Below are positions 40,543 through 54,700 of a stretch of DNA of 64,000 nt, piece after piece (position 1 is the first letter of the stretch; each line of letters starts with the position of its first letter). The DNA is from Marsupella aquatica (lineage: Eukaryota > Plantae > Marchantiophyta), in contig OZ316892.1 of assembly GCA_973895155.1 (NCBI GenBank), positions 1,615,223-1,679,222 on the forward strand, read 5' to 3'. The notes below the pieces were generated by a model. That model searched no databases, was not told the origin of the DNA, and saw only the letters and a program-made list of their open reading frames with translations. The translations under genes were made by a program, and so were the position numbers.

Positions 40543-40602
40543 AGAGAAGAGAAGAGAAGAGAAGAGAAGAGAAGAGAAGAGAAGAGAAGAGAAGAGAAGA
40601 GA
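40543..40602. repeat. (AGAGA)n microsatellite
   Basis: About 12 pentamer units just upstream of the F-box ATG. Confidence 0.95.
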
Positions 40603-40656
40603 GAGGAGAGAGGGACTAAAGCTTGCCATTTGATTATACGAAACGAAGTGAATTTG

Positions 40657-43600
40657 ATGGGGTTAGAGAACTCCAACAGCGATGAAGGCCAAATTAATCA
40701 GCAAAAGACAACTGCTACCGGTGGGGGAGCAGATGAGGAGGAGGACCTTCACAACCAGCAGGAGGGGGGGAAGCAGCAGCAGCAGGGCCTGCAGGAGTCG
40801 TCGACGTCGTGGTTGTTGCCGCAGGTGTTGTGCATTGTCAGTGCTCATCTCTCGCTGCGAGATGTGTGCGAGCTGCTCTGCGTTAGCACGTCCTGCCACC
40901 AAGTTCTCACCTCGCACGCTCCCCTTTGGAAGGTCAGTGCTGACTAAAATCGAGAATTTGAATTCATGAATGAATAGATATAATCAGCATGTTGTCTCGG
41001 GTGATGGAGATATGGTGATCATTTGGCCTTTCGCAGGCCCTTTGTTCTGATCTTCCTATCACATCTATGGCATACTTCCTGGCCATGGAATCTGAATTTT
41101 TCTTACAACATCTATAACTTTTATCAAGGAATGTAGAGAGATAGAATGTTCCTGGTGAGAAGTGTCTCTTACAGGATTCCAGCCATGGGAGTAAAAGATT
41201 TCACTTCCTGATACACGGAAATTGGTTTCGCATTTGGCATATTACGAATGTTACGTATTGAATCTATTCGCTTTCCCGATCACATTTGTGGAGATCAGTC
41301 GTGGGAAAATTTCACAAATTTGCTTCGGGTGGGGTTTTTCCTTCTCCTGTCATGACATCTCTCTGAATGTTTCTGAGCAGAACCTTGAGTTGAATGGCAA
41401 GAAGAAGGCTGGCGAGCGTATGCTGGCAGCTCTGTCTCTGGTGAGTTCTAGGAGTCGCTACATTGCATTCAACTTATGAGAAATTGATCGGTAGGGCTTA
41501 CGTGCTTTTTCTTCGAATAGTTGGATTTTGATTTTGCAAATTGGTACTGACTGTTTCTTTGAATTTGAGAGTTATCTCCATTCTTTTAGTATTTGACATA
41601 TACGCCCTCTTCATTCTGACATGATTGACAGTCAACGTAAATGTCCTTGTGTAGCGACGATATGAGGAGGTAGAAGAGATCAATCTCGAATTCGCGCAGG
41701 ATGTGGACGATTCGCACGTAAAGGCCATTTCAGTTCAGGTACGTCCTTACGAAGCACATCCGTTCTATGTCTTAGCTCTGCGGATCCAGTTGAAGTGCTT
41801 ATTCGTCATAGATGAGTATTCGATCTGTCACCCAAATGTCTGGGCAAAGAACTCTAAGAGAATCTGGTGAATGAGGTCTTCCGTGATTGTTATACGTATA
41901 TATCTCTGTGCGAGACTGGGTCCTTAATTCCGTCTCTGCACTCTTGCTGGATGTCTTTCCAGAGTTTGCAAAAGCTGAATCTCAATGCGTGTCAAAAAAT
42001 AACCGACAGCGCCGTTCAGGCAGTGGCTGCTTTTAACCCTGGGCTGAAGTCTTTCTCGATTTATTGGAACCTTAGGTACGTTATTCTGTCATGACTGGAT
42101 ATGTTTCGTCGTCGCTAAGAAAATGGTATCTGTACCCCGCGTATGACTGATTTTGGGAGGTGTTCTTAACGCAAGTATCATCCGTAGGTTTTTCGAACTA
42201 TTCATTTGATCATTGAACAAGTAGCTAGAAAGGAATCTTGTTAATTCATGGATGGGTTTAGTGGATGCAACTAGGTCCGGTTCGCAGCTGAAGGTTAGTT
42301 CTCTGAAAATTTTGAGGATGAGCAAAATTACGGTTTTAGTGAACTGCACATCTTTCTATCTCGGCGGTCTTTTGTCGCAGTCATTAATGCAGTGACATTG
42401 AATAGGAAATTAGCATGTTCGGATAGTGGCGTATTCTAAAAAAATTGCTGTTACCTTGAACAGTGTTTAGATGCAAGCAAGTACCGTCGTTTACTGACAT
42501 GAAAATCATGTGATGTTGATAGAATCACAGATGCTGCGGTAGAACATTTGGTCAAATCATGCGAAAACCTTACAGAGCTGAATTTGAGTGGATGCAAGGT
42601 TCTCTCTCTTCATCAAAATTCATAAGATGTAGGAAGTTTGTTATCTGTTGAAGAAGTATCCCTTCAAGTTCAAGAATTACTTCGGGAAATACAGGAGATC
42701 AAAATTTGGTGTGCTATCTGTCCTTAATAGGGGTTCAAAGATGTCCCGAGGATGTTTCATGGGTGTGTGTTGTGAGAACATGACCTAGTAACGAGACCGT
42801 TGAAGTTAGTCAGGCTTTGTGTTTGGATTTTTTCTCTTACAGAGCCTCTGCGCCGGCTTCATCTACTTTTGCAGAGTGTAAGTGACGAAGGCCTGAAAAT
42901 GATTGCCGTCCATTGCCCTGGAATTCAGAACTTGAATTTGACACGGTACGTATATGTTTTTATAATCTATCTTCACATTTGGGCTCTATGCTTTGGTATT
43001 TCCCATCTCAACCTAGTCATCAGCAGAGCCCTGCGATACATGAAGTCTCTGGAGGGGAAGTGGTTAGGAATCTATTCTTCCGACTGGAGTCGGTCCTATA
43101 TGGTGTTGATTTTATGACACGGCAAGCACCTTTAGGTACCTCTTCCTGTTTGAAGATTTCATGTTGCCGACTTGCACTCACCAGTCTTGTAATGGTCCTA
43201 GGTCGATGTCGGAAGTGCAGGTGTTTGAAGTTGACCGATGACGGCTTGACTCATTTATTGGGATCTTGCACAAATCTTCAGGAGTTATATCTTTATGCCA
43301 TCCCGAAGTGAGTTTCTATTGACTATGTGCTCTTCTAGTGGATGGTGATCTTCTTGAATCTTCTTATAATGGGAGATATATCCTTTCAACCTGAAAGCAT
43401 CCAACTTGATGTTAAGAGAATTGCTTCCTAATTTTTATTTCTCGTTTATTTCAATGATGTACTGCAGTTTTACAGACAAGGCATTCAAGATGTTTACCAA
43501 GGCTCATAACTTGAGGCTTCTTGATCTGTGTGGAGCACAGGTTGAATTTTTATGAACATAGTCTTTTTGATTGCGTGGTTGGCTATCTGATATATTCAAG

Positions 43601-44679
43601 TGATTGAGTTACAGCGGTATCATTTATGTGAAAATGGCACTTTTGGTAAACTGTGGGTAACATGCATGCAGTATCTCACCGATGAAGGGGTAGCAGCCAT
43701 TGGCCACTGCTCTAAGCTGGTTTCACTTAACCTGACATGGTGAGTTCTTGCTTTCACTGATGGCTGGAGTATGAAGCCACTGTTTTAGGTGTCAGAGTAT
43801 GAAGGATATCGTTCTTTTATCAGTGAGATATTATTGTTTTCCAAGCTAGTCCTTGGAATACTATCAACAGATTGGGCTATTATGAGCAAACAATATCGGT
43901 GACTTTTAGATTATGTCTACAGGTGTGTGCGTGTAACAAGCATAGGACTTGCAGCTCTGGCCCAGCACTGCACCTCCCTTGAGCTTCTGAGGTATTAAGT
44001 CAGCCTCATTGGGTATATTCTTCATGGCTGCTTCACAAGTAATAAGTTTTGGAAGAAACTTTGTTGACAAGTATAACAATCTGTATGGTTCTCTAGGAAG
44101 ATATGTCAGCTCATTGCAATATCTTTGATCAATTTGGACGTCTTTCTTCCCTGCAGCGTGCATGGTATTCTCGGGATCACTGATGAAGGGCTTGAGAAGT
44201 TGGCGAAATGTTGTTCGCAGTCTCTCCATACGTTGGATGTGAGTGGTTGTGTAAATATTCAGGTGCGCTTACCACGTCCAATGGCTGAAGGATTTGACAT
44301 CTCACAGTGATGTTTTATTGCTACGGTAGTGATTCCTAGGAATTCTATTTCTTTGTCTCTGAGCAGTTGAGGCAGCTTGAAGCTGGTCTCCTAGCGTACC
44401 TCAGCCAGATCATTGAGCTGATTAACAATAGCACTTCCCCGTGAATGAGTCCCTTCAATAGAAACTCTTTGATTTGTTTTTATCGCTTTCCCAAGAGCAA
44501 CGCTACGCGCCTGGCTTTGTTGTTCTAGCCAACAACAAAGAGAAACTCTTTGCTTTATAGGAGTGTATGAGCGAGGAATGTGGTCCTAATGTTCCTTTCA
44601 TTGTCTGGTACAGAGACGATCAAAGGAGGACCTGTTGCAGCTTTTTCCCAAACTCACAACATTTGTTGTCCACACATAA
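40657..44679 (+). CDS. F-box / cysteine-containing LRR (RNI-like) protein, multi-exon
   Basis: F-box LLPQVLCIVSAHLSLRDVCELLCVS...LWK; LRR exons INLEFAQD, LNLNACQKITD, LNLSGCK, LNLTRCLKLTD, LDLCGAQ, LNLTWCVRVT, LDVSGC; ends RRSKEDLLQLFPKLTTFVVHT* at 44679. Confidence 0.9.
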
Positions 44680-46177
44680 TTGGTGGCTAGAGGCCAACCT
44701 CAGTTGTGATTACCAAGCTAACACCTTCACAGAGTTTCAGATGCCTCGCAATGGAGAAAGCAGATCTCTATTGCTCGGCATTTTGCTTTTAACATGACGA
44801 CTTTCTTGCCGGCAGCTGGCTCTCGACTGATACAAGATGTTATTTTAAGTCTCCAATTTCTCCCCGGCTTTGATCCTACCGTAGTCTATTAGAGATTTTG
44901 CCTTTAGAGGTTGTATAGGATGATAAGCCAGTCATACAGTTTGACCGGACACCGCAGTAGATTATTTTCCAATCCTAAAAAATGCGTTTAGCAGATTCAG
45001 CCATGTCTCGTTTTAGTCTGTATTTAAAAGTGAAAGTTTGTCACCAACCAAGTACAGCCACCCCGATTTGGAAGAAAAAACTTCTTGGAAGACAACCACA
45101 GGTTGGAGGCCCTTACAATCCGTAAGGTTTCAATCACAACCAAAGTTGCCTAGGATCCGCATGTAGTCACAGCCATGTGTAAGTCCTGATGAGAATGAAG
45201 GCTTGAAGAAAACCAAGTTTCCTAGGATTTGAACTGGTTACCCACTTTTGGAAACGAGGTATTGAGAGCAAATCAAATGCAAGGAGGGAACCATTTGGAC
45301 AGCCCTTATGAGTATGGAGGTTGTAAGCACAATAAATCCTAGGATTTGCACTGGTCACCCACCTATTCATAAATCTGTATACTTTTTGGCATTTCTCTTC
45401 TAGTTCAAAGGCGGACACTGGAAATCAATAAGAGTTTGTGCATTTTACGTATAATGAATTCTTATGGTGTCTCCTTCAAATTAAAATGGAAGAGTGCGTT
45501 AGGCTGGTCTTTCTGTTGTAAAACCTGACTTGCACGGTTGCACGGTTGTATCATATTTAACCGAAGATTAACAATCTTATCCAACCAAAAGGTTTGAAGG
45601 ATTTAGAAACCCACAACATTCCAAATTAAGTTTTGGTTAACAAGACATCTTATAAGAGATCATTCAGGCCGGAGGCACCCATTCCAAATTCAGATTCTGT
45701 TATGTAATTCAGGCTTGAGGCACACTTACGCCGCTCATCACAAGGTGGGGTTGGGGAACATTAGGTAGATGGGGAGAGGGAGAGGGTACGATAATCCCTG
45801 ATGGACTAATTTCATACTTCTGCAACACATTAAAGGCGTGATTGCTGATTTCCCCAAAGGGCATCTTCTTTCCCAAAACTTATAAATGTGCATGAGAGAT
45901 GTATGTACAAAAGAATTTGCCCTGCCTCTGACGGTGGCTTTCCAGATTTACAAGGGCAGTGCACTATCCTAATTTTGACAAAAATGTTGTACACTACTTG
46001 TTCATTCATAATTCGTACCCGCTCGGAAAGGGTAACAATAATATTACGTTAAAAATTTCCTGCAGTTTCAACAGGTCATATGGATTAGTTGCAACTCACA
46101 GTGAAATAAATACTTTTTACCAAAATGACATAGATCGAAGTTAAGCTACTCTACAGGCACCTCGCAATAGGAACTGA

Positions 46178-49100
46178 TCAGATAAGCATGTAGCCGCTAT
46201 AATTGAACCATACAGTCGAAAACCCAAGAATATCAATCAGTCCCATCTTACGTGAGGAGTTGGCTTTAAAGTCGACATCTGAAGCCCAATTCCAAGACCA
46301 AGCAAGCCTAGGCAAATTATAAGATGATACCAAAAAGACCAATGGAACTCCCGTCAACAAATGTAATACAACTTTGGATTTTTGGTGTTGATCAAGATAC
46401 CTATCTGGTGCTGGACCATCCCCTTGTATAAATTCCATCTTCATGAGAAGTTCATAAACCTTGTCTGTTTTAATGGGATCGACCTTGAACATCCCATAAG
46501 CATCTGATCTTCTGACCTGCCCTTTCCTCGTGCTTTCATACATGAGAACCTCCTTCATTTTGAGGTAATGGCTGGGTAGCAGCCTACATTGCTGGCAAAG
46601 CTCCTGCTCCTGCAAAGACGACGGCTTCGTTGTTCAGGATACATCACAGTCCTCCAGATAAGGATTTTCCTCGCACGCTTCCAGTTTTCTATCACAACAG
46701 GATCAAGAAAGGGCCTTGCAGCTGTTTGTGACAACTCTCAATGGTGGAAATAGGCTGCAAGCGGTTTGTGTCCATTTCAACCTGACCAAAGATTTTGCAA
46801 TACTGTGGAATAGAGAATTGAGACTGAATGCACTTACTGCAAGAGACAGCATTTCCATTCCAGGATACCCTGTGAGGTCAGGAAGGACCGCAGATTTCTT
46901 TACAACTTTGACAGTTCCACTCGAATACGAGTGATGGCCACTGCTCCGAGGTTTCTGACTGCTCCTCACATCTCCAGAAGGACTGGGCTCTCCATCACCC
47001 GTTTCCCTCTTCATGTATCGGTTTGATCGATGTGTCACTTTTCCACCCTGAAAGAAAGTTGTACTGTCTCTTGCTTTTTTTATGGTTACCTCAGTGTCTT
47101 TTTTCTTCTTCTCTGAGCAATAAAGTTCTCCCTCTGCCAACAAGCGGCATCCTGCTGACCTCATCTCCTGGACATTCAGCAATGTCCAGACTGAATCAAT
47201 ATCAATCGCGCATCGGAATTTCAACACTCCTGAAACCTTCACAACAATCAATCATTATTCTAAGGGGTTTCTGTCCAAAGTTAGACTTCAAACCTGTAGT
47301 TCCTCGATTCTCTGTCGGATTCTCCGCTCTGAATTCAGACCATTCAAGAGGGCTTCATGGTCCTCATTGGAATGATATCGCATAAATATCCGAGCTCGTT
47401 GGTAAAGGTCTCTCTCTTCCTTAGTCCTCTTTCTATCCAGTGCTGCTTGCTTCTTTAGATCGATAAGTCCCCTTTCAATGACAAAGTCTTTCCTTCGCTT
47501 TCTTTCATCAAGCCTACAATGACAGCCACAAGTATAAATATACGCAAACTCGTGTCGTGGACTGAATTCGGCCAAGGTCAACATCATCCATCTGAACAAT
47601 AAAACCTTTGCACGCTCTACTTAAACTGGCCACCAGAAAGCCACAATACCAAAATTCAAGAAAACCGTCATCAGATAGCAGTTCTTACCTTGCTAAATAA
47701 ATGTGCAATATTCGTAGTTTCAACTCACGATCTGTCTCGGTATCATTATCTTTGAACTCCATATCAGCCAACTGAAGCTCTGCGTCATTGTCATACTCTG
47801 GGTCAAACTCTTGCCTATTGGCATTATATCCTGTTTGTTCTGCAGTAGCAGCTCCCGCCTTACCCTCCTCAGCCAACGGTTTGGGTTTCTTCCCACCGAG
47901 GCTGCGATTACTTTGTCCTTCTGCGTAAGTCCGAAACAAGATGGGGAATCAGGACTAAGAACACAATAACCCTGGTTAGTCAATTTCCAATGAATTGCAA
48001 GTAGACCAATTTTGCTAGGATAATGTTTACGATCTGCCCAAAAGTCCCACGGATTGACTATTAATCCTTAAAGCAGCAGTCATAAAAGCTATGAACTTGC
48101 ACATCAGCTAGTTTGAGGTCCACCTTCAGCATTGGCCGTGCCTTGGCTATCAAGGCTCTCTTTTGATTGTCCACCTACAGCGGTCTTCTTTGCTGAAGTT
48201 AAGGGGACACCAGAACTTCCTTCTCCCTGATCTCCTTCGAGTTTTCCATCTTTGCTCCCTAATACGACATCCAATAAGTTCTCAGGTCTAACAGTTTTAC
48301 AGTGATACAGCATAAACAACCAAATAATTACAACCAAATTGTGTCGGATTTGCAGTGAATTACTTTGAATGACCTCAGTCATGCAGATAACAAAGCCCAC
48401 TGAGGTCAATTGACAAGACCCTATAACCTAGATCTCATTCAGACAGCAGACAGCAAGCACACTTCCCCAAAACACGGCAATGGAGGACTACTTATTCCTA
48501 GAAAACTAGAAAGAGGCCAATAAAACCAACTCAACAGTCCTACACAATGACTTTTGAAGCGCTTGCTAATAAGAGGCTGAACAATTCTAAGCAATGGATA
48601 AGTAACACGTGTCACAAAAACCATAACTTTTAAGATCATCATCGGCGCACACAGATTAACTTTCAGCCGTAGAAACAAACCTATTAGGCCTGATGGTGAC
48701 CTTCCTGATGGTGACTCCTTAATTTCCTCAATTCTTCAGTTTCAAAGATTGACAACAAACGAGTAGTAAGCAAACAACAAACCGCCTTGCACAAATCAGT
48801 CACCAGAACTTAACAGAAGCAGCAATCAAATGAAGAAATAAATAAATCAATAAAACGGGATGTAGAAGCTGAAGTACATTTGAGAATACCAGTGACAAAA
48901 GTTACAAACTGGACAAGAACATGATAAAAATATGTTGTAATGCACTAGAATATTTTGGACGACTTGATCCTACAAACCTTGTAAATGTACAAAACAATCA
49001 GCCTTAGACTGTTCAAGACAATAAAAGACTAGACGTTACTTTAATCAACACGTGCAACGGGGACACAAACTCGATGACTTGAATGGATAGGACTGGCTAG

Positions 49101-51868
49101 CCCACACTGTATGATTCATCAGATCAGAGACGATGAATGCGCACTTGAAATGAACAGATCACAACTGTTTCCTGGCACAGCAGCTACTCTGAGATAAGAG
49201 CACATGACAAAAAGGTAGACATCGTACTTGATTCTGGCAGGAGAGATCGTGGGTTCTTGTTTAACAAGACGTAAAGAATCCATCCCAACCGATAAATCTG
49301 CGCAATGGTAAAGCAATCCAGCAGTAATATTGATTTAGCAAAGAATTACCAAAGATTCCTTCCATTGGCATGTAACATAGACAGATTAAAGTCACCACTT
49401 CTGAACCTCTTATGGGTTTTTGAAAAGGGTCCACACACCGTGTACGAATTCAGTTCTAGAAAAGTACTCATTATACAACTCATACTTTCAAAAGATTCCA
49501 CGTTGCAAGATACAAACGTACTTTTCTTTCCATCTGCTTGTAACTTGGCAAAAGCCAAAAGATCTGCTCGCGATTTCCCCATGACTTGTCTCATATCCTG
49601 GCATTGTATCAGTCGTTAGCAGTTACCAAAGTCAATTATCATCAACAAAACACAGATTCCCCAATCCTTTGAAGCAGTTCTCGCACATACACTCAACAAG
49701 AGAGGGATTACTAAATCTGGAACAAGATACTGTCTTTTCAGTGAAAACAAGGCCCTAACAAAATGTCATTATGGGAATCAAATCATAATGACATTTCATA
49801 AATAGGCACACTCCAGCCTTTAATAGGACTTTTTGAACAAAATTAACTATTTTCAGAACTAGATGCTTAATTTTGAAGTTGCACAAACACCAATAAGAAG
49901 TGAAGGTCATTACTGGCAGAGGAGAAAAAGGGGAATTCATGTATGCTGTCATGTAATGCTCGTAACACTGGGCTTTAGTCTTCGTCCCCACATGTTCTCC
50001 AACATCTCCCCAGTTGCCCACGCCACACATCTCAACTGCCTGCATTATCGATGTAATCTCAACCCTTGAAAAACCGAGTAAGGGACAGTGCTTCAACCAA
50101 CAGGCGTAAGGATAGAGCAGACAGTTAAACGGGCAAGCAAGTAGCACCAGATCATAAGTTCTAATACCCGCTGGGTGAAAAACAAACCTCAAGTAACAGG
50201 ATCTCCTCATCCGCATTCCAGTCTGGATGGATGAGAGGAAAAGCCAAGTTATCCTGTAACACAATCAAGGAAGGGAGTTGTGTCAAGTGTTTGAATCAGC
50301 AACTACTTATATCGGAGAGAGTAAATCCTTTGATGTACGCATCAGTAATTTAAACTAAAGGAGCCATCATGAAGCAAACATGAGCAGTGAGTGCTTGCCA
50401 CAAGTAATAAAAACCTTTGAAGCTTACCATGACCCTGTAAGGATGATTGCATTTGTGAGGATAGGTCTCTGCGCCAACGGAAAAACATTCCACGCAAAGG
50501 TCATAATCGGTGCATTTCGCACACTTGATGCGAATTGTTCCTGATATGTCCTTGTGGCAATAATTGCAATGATACAAAGGAGGCCTCTTTCCATCTCCTG
50601 CAATCACACAAGTAGTTGTCAGAAAACAAACCGAAACTCAAATAAAAATTTACCACCTCGGCCAAATCGTTGGTTCCTCGGAAGCAATTGCAGAAAATAT
50701 GGAAATAAACAAAATAAACGTATTTCAGAAATCCCCTTCCAGGATTTTCTTAGGATATGATTTTATATTATGATATGATGATATGATGCAGATGCCACAG
50801 ACAGCGCAGATAAGCCGACGGGTAGTTTATGCAAAGCCTTCAAGACATTCAGCCAGTCTTACCGGTTGCTCCTGAGTCCAAACTGTCGACACCCAGGACA
50901 ATCCGTCGGCGCTTCGATCTGCAGCGACAGTTGCGGTGGTCAAGAGCGTATGCATGGATTGGAATACAATCATGTAACTTCAAATTGCTTGCTCACAATT
51001 CCCGCATTGCATCTATTGTGATTGGAATTGCCGAGACTGATCGGACTTTTCGTTTAAAACTTCATCGTAGAAAGGGGGCCACCAGTTCAACTCGTATTCC
51101 CCTTAATTATGCTTCACCCCGAGGAATACGAGGCGATCCGATAAGATGGACTCACCACCCACCCAAGAAACAAAAAAAAGAGGTAACTTCTAGTAAATTC
51201 AGTTGGATACCGGGACATCATGACGTTCGGAACAAAAACATCAGCGCATTCCGGTCCTACATTGTCAGCCACCGTGTCTCAACTTGAATGTATACATTGC
51301 AGTAAGAAGCATCACACATCGTCTTCAGTCAGTCACGAGCAACAATTCTTCGCAATGCAGCTGTGAAACAAAGTGCCATAAGACCAATGCACCACCGCAC
51401 TAAGCACAAATTCAGCTGCAAATGCGCCTTCGCTAAATCAACCACAGTCCAGACCACTCGGGACACAGTGCCCATCAATTTCCCCCCAAAATTGTGCCCA
51501 AATTTCAAAATTCCGCAACCAGACTGCCCGCTTTTCGGTACAGTAGTATAGCACGCTCTCCACAGAAGCAATCTTTCCCCGTACCCCTCTCCCTGGCCTC
51601 AATCACGACGAAATTCCAAGCCCCCCGCCCTGCGACCCCGCACGTCGAAATCAAATATTTAACGAGGAAATTGTCCGAATTACGCGAAACCCTAAACAGC
51701 AATTTCGAACGTTAATTTCAGACCCTCCTGACCACGCGAGAGCGCTTTTTCAATGGGAAAATTTCGTATCTCCCGACGCGCCCCGAGTTTGCGCACGTAC
51801 CGGTGACCGAACCACGCCCCGTCGTCGTCTGCGGCAGCAGCAGCAAGCGGACCTCTGGATCGCCCCAT
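46178..51868 (-). CDS. ADA2: Transcriptional adaptor ADA2 (SAGA subunit; ZZ finger, SANT, SWIRM)
   Basis: Exon 1 MGRSRG (ATG 51868); ZZ YHCNYCHKDISGTIRIKCAKCTDYDLCVECF; SANT GVGNWGDVGEHVGTKTKAQCYEHY; GYNANRQEFDPEYDNDAE; SWIRM EQELCQQCRLLPSHYLKMK. The exact 3' end is uncertain because splicing may occur at ~46400. Confidence 0.93.
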
Positions 51869-52102
51869 CGCGTTCTTCGCGTTCTTCTTCTTCTTCTTGT
51901 TCCCTCTTCTTCCCCTGCTCTGCTGTTTTGCTTTCGCTTTGCGAAGTTTCAGTTCGCTCCTTCCGTCCTCTCACTTCTTCTCGACTTCCTTTCCTTTCCT
52001 TTCCTTTCCTTTCCATTCCTTTCCGTTCGTTTTCTTTTCTCGTCGTTTGTTCGTTCGTTCGTTCGCTCGCTCGCTCGCTTGTTCCCTCCTCCACACTACT
52101 GT

Positions 52103-53257
52103 ACTCAATCAATACACTTCCTACAGCTACAACAGTGGTTAGGCAATACTCAATACACTTCCTGGTGTAGTTAGGTGATTGTAAGAGTAGTCATTGTGTA
52201 AGTTACATGTATCCACACTAGTGTAGTCAATTGTGTAAGTTACATGTATCCACACTAATGTAGTCAGTCAATATGCTTCCCTATAGTAGTCAGGCAAATG
52301 TATTGTGTAAGTTATATCCACACTGGTGTAGTCACTCAATACACTTCCTGGTGTAGTTGGGTGATTGTAAGAGCAGTCAGTGTGTAAGTTACATGTATCC
52401 ACACTAGTGTAGTCAATCAATATGCGCCCTATAGTAGTCAGGCAAATGTAAGAGCAGTTGTTGTGTCAGTTATATCCACACTGGTGTAGTCACTCGATAC
52501 ACTTCCCGGTGTAGTTGGGTGATTGTAAGAGCAGTCAGTGTGTAAGTTACATGTATCCACACTAGTGTAGTCAGGCAAGTGTAAGAGCAGTTGTTGTGTA
52601 AGTTATATCCACACTGGTGTAGTCTCTCAATACACTTCTGACAATAATTAGGCAATTGTAAGAGCAATCGTTGTGTAAGATACATCCACACTGTCTAGTG
52701 TAGTCACCCAGTACACTTCCTACCCTAGGTAGGCAGTCATTGTGTAAGTTACATCCACACTATTGTAGTCACTAGGTACAATGCACTTCCTACCCTAGTT
52801 AGGCAATTGTTTGTATAAGTCACATCCACACTAGTGTAATCACTCAATACGCTTCCTACAGTAGTCAGGCAAGTGTAAGAGCGGTTGTTGTGTAAGTTAC
52901 ATCCACACTAGTGTAGTCAATACACTTCCAACAATAGTTAGGCAATTGTAAGAGCACTAGTTGTGTAAGATACATCCACCCTAGTGTAGTCACTTAGTAC
53001 ACTTCCTACCCTAGGTAGACAATTGTTTGTGTAAGTTACATCCACACTAGTGTAGTCACTCAAGACACTTCCAAGAGTAGTACATTAAGCAATTGTAAGA
53101 GTTGTGTAAGATACATCCACACTATTGTAGTCACTCAGTACACTTCCTACATAGATCATAGGCAATTGTTTTTGTAAGTTACATTACACTAGTGTAGTCA
53201 CTCAGTACACTTCCTACAATAGTTAGGCAATTGTAAGAGGAGTGATTGTGTAAGTTA
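52103..53257. repeat. Degenerate tandem array, ~70-80-bp unit, about 15 copies
   Basis: Recurrent tgtgtaagttacatccacactagtgtagtcactcaatacacttcc...aggcaattgtaagag. Confidence 0.95.
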
Positions 53258-53596
53258 TGCATAGACGACATTCGCAACGGCAAGCCCATGAACCATCCAA
53301 CGCACAAGAGTCGACACAGAGAGATACGTGATTCACCTCCACATGAAGCTACGTCCACGGGAACACACTAAAGTTTTATTGCACTCTAGGCCGACAGGCC
53401 ATACCAAGCATCCACAGCACAAGCTCTCCCTATCTCTCAACTAGCTCCGTAACAATGAGCCTAAGTTCCACCAAGGTCTGGCATCAGCCCTGGCTATATG
53501 CACAACAGCACTACCGCTAACATTAGCTAAGTCCTAACCCGAGTTAGACTAACTGTGGTTAGCTCATGAGTCACAAGACTAGAGCAATATCTAACA
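53258..53596 (-). mobile_element. Solo LTR (339 bp)
   Basis: TG...CA termini, 5-bp TSD agtta (53253-53257 and 53597-53601), minus-strand start TGTTAG and AATAAA (~53375). A related uninterrupted unit lies at ~53695-53730. Confidence 0.8.
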
Positions 53597-54424
53597 AGTT
53601 AATGTAATCAATCTTCTTCTTCTTGAAATGGGAAGCATGTTTTTGAGATGGCACCATTTGTTATAGCAATAAGGCAATTGTAAGAGGAGTCATTGTGTAA
53701 GTTACTATAATCAATCTTATTCTTCTTGAAAGGTGATCCATTTTATTTGAGTCGCCACCCCGGCAAAGACCAGTGGAGCACAACGCAAAACAAATCTAGG
53801 GCAAGGTCACCCTGACAGACTGCAAGGTCTCCGTGTAAAAGACTTGTGTCAAGAGTGGATCATAATCAACCACTTAAGAACAAGCATGTTATGAGTCCAA
53901 TAACTAATCTTGAGACAAGGGCAACAATAGTCCCCTCACTCCAAATTGGTAGAGTACAAGATGTGTAATCAATCTTCTTCCCTCAACTCATTCCCTATTC
54001 TCTGTAATGCAGAGGGGTTTTGTATTAGGGCCTCTATTCCTCTCCGTGACCCCATTATGTGACCCTATTATGCAACTTACCCCATAGCTCTACCAAACTT
54101 TAATTTCTGTTTGATGCTCAAAACGACAATAGTTTCTTAGCCCTTGTTGGGGACTTTTGGACTTTTGGACTTCTTGGCTCATTTTTTTGTGGGTCTTTAG
54201 TATTCCTCTCTTTTTCCTTCTATTCTCCCCTTTAGTGGGTCTGCCTTTAGGATCCTGTCTCTAGGTTTCGCCCTATTTGTTCTTTGACGGTTTGAAATAA
54301 ATCAAATCTTTCTCTTTGTTACTCTTCCAGATGACACTATTTGTCCTTCCAACTGGCCCTCTTTCCCTGTCGCCTGCCTTGGGTACTGTGGTTGAGCTCT
54401 TGACTGTGTGTTACTGCATAATGT

Positions 54425-54700
54425 GGATGAGTGCAAAATGATGGCTCCATCCCCAAAACTTCTGATGTTTTCCTTTGTGAATGCACAAAAGAATGCAGAA
54501 TGCAACTTTTGTAAGTGCACAGTGTAGATACCTGCAACTTGATGGCTCCCTCCCTAAAAATTTTGAACTGTTTGTTTGTGAATGCACAAAAATGCAGTTG
54601 TTATAAGTGCACATTGTGTATAAGTGCAAGTTCATGGCTCCTTCCCCAAACTTCACACGTTTTCCTTTATCAATGCACCAAAAAATGCAGTTTTCCAACT
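54425..54700. repeat. Degenerate ~95-100-bp tandem repeat (3 copies)
   Basis: atggctcc...ccc-aaa...aatgcac-aaaa...tgcag occurs at ~54440, ~54542 and ~54634. Confidence 0.7.

Noticed and set aside
29807-51868. Functional cluster of transcription/chromatin genes (INTS6, ADA2) near the DNMT element
   Set aside because: These are ordinary housekeeping neighbours, with no evidence of functional linkage.
52103-53257. CRISPR-like array (regularly spaced palindromic repeats)
   Set aside because: The intervening sequences are themselves homologous, spacing is irregular, there are no cas genes, and the context is eukaryotic.
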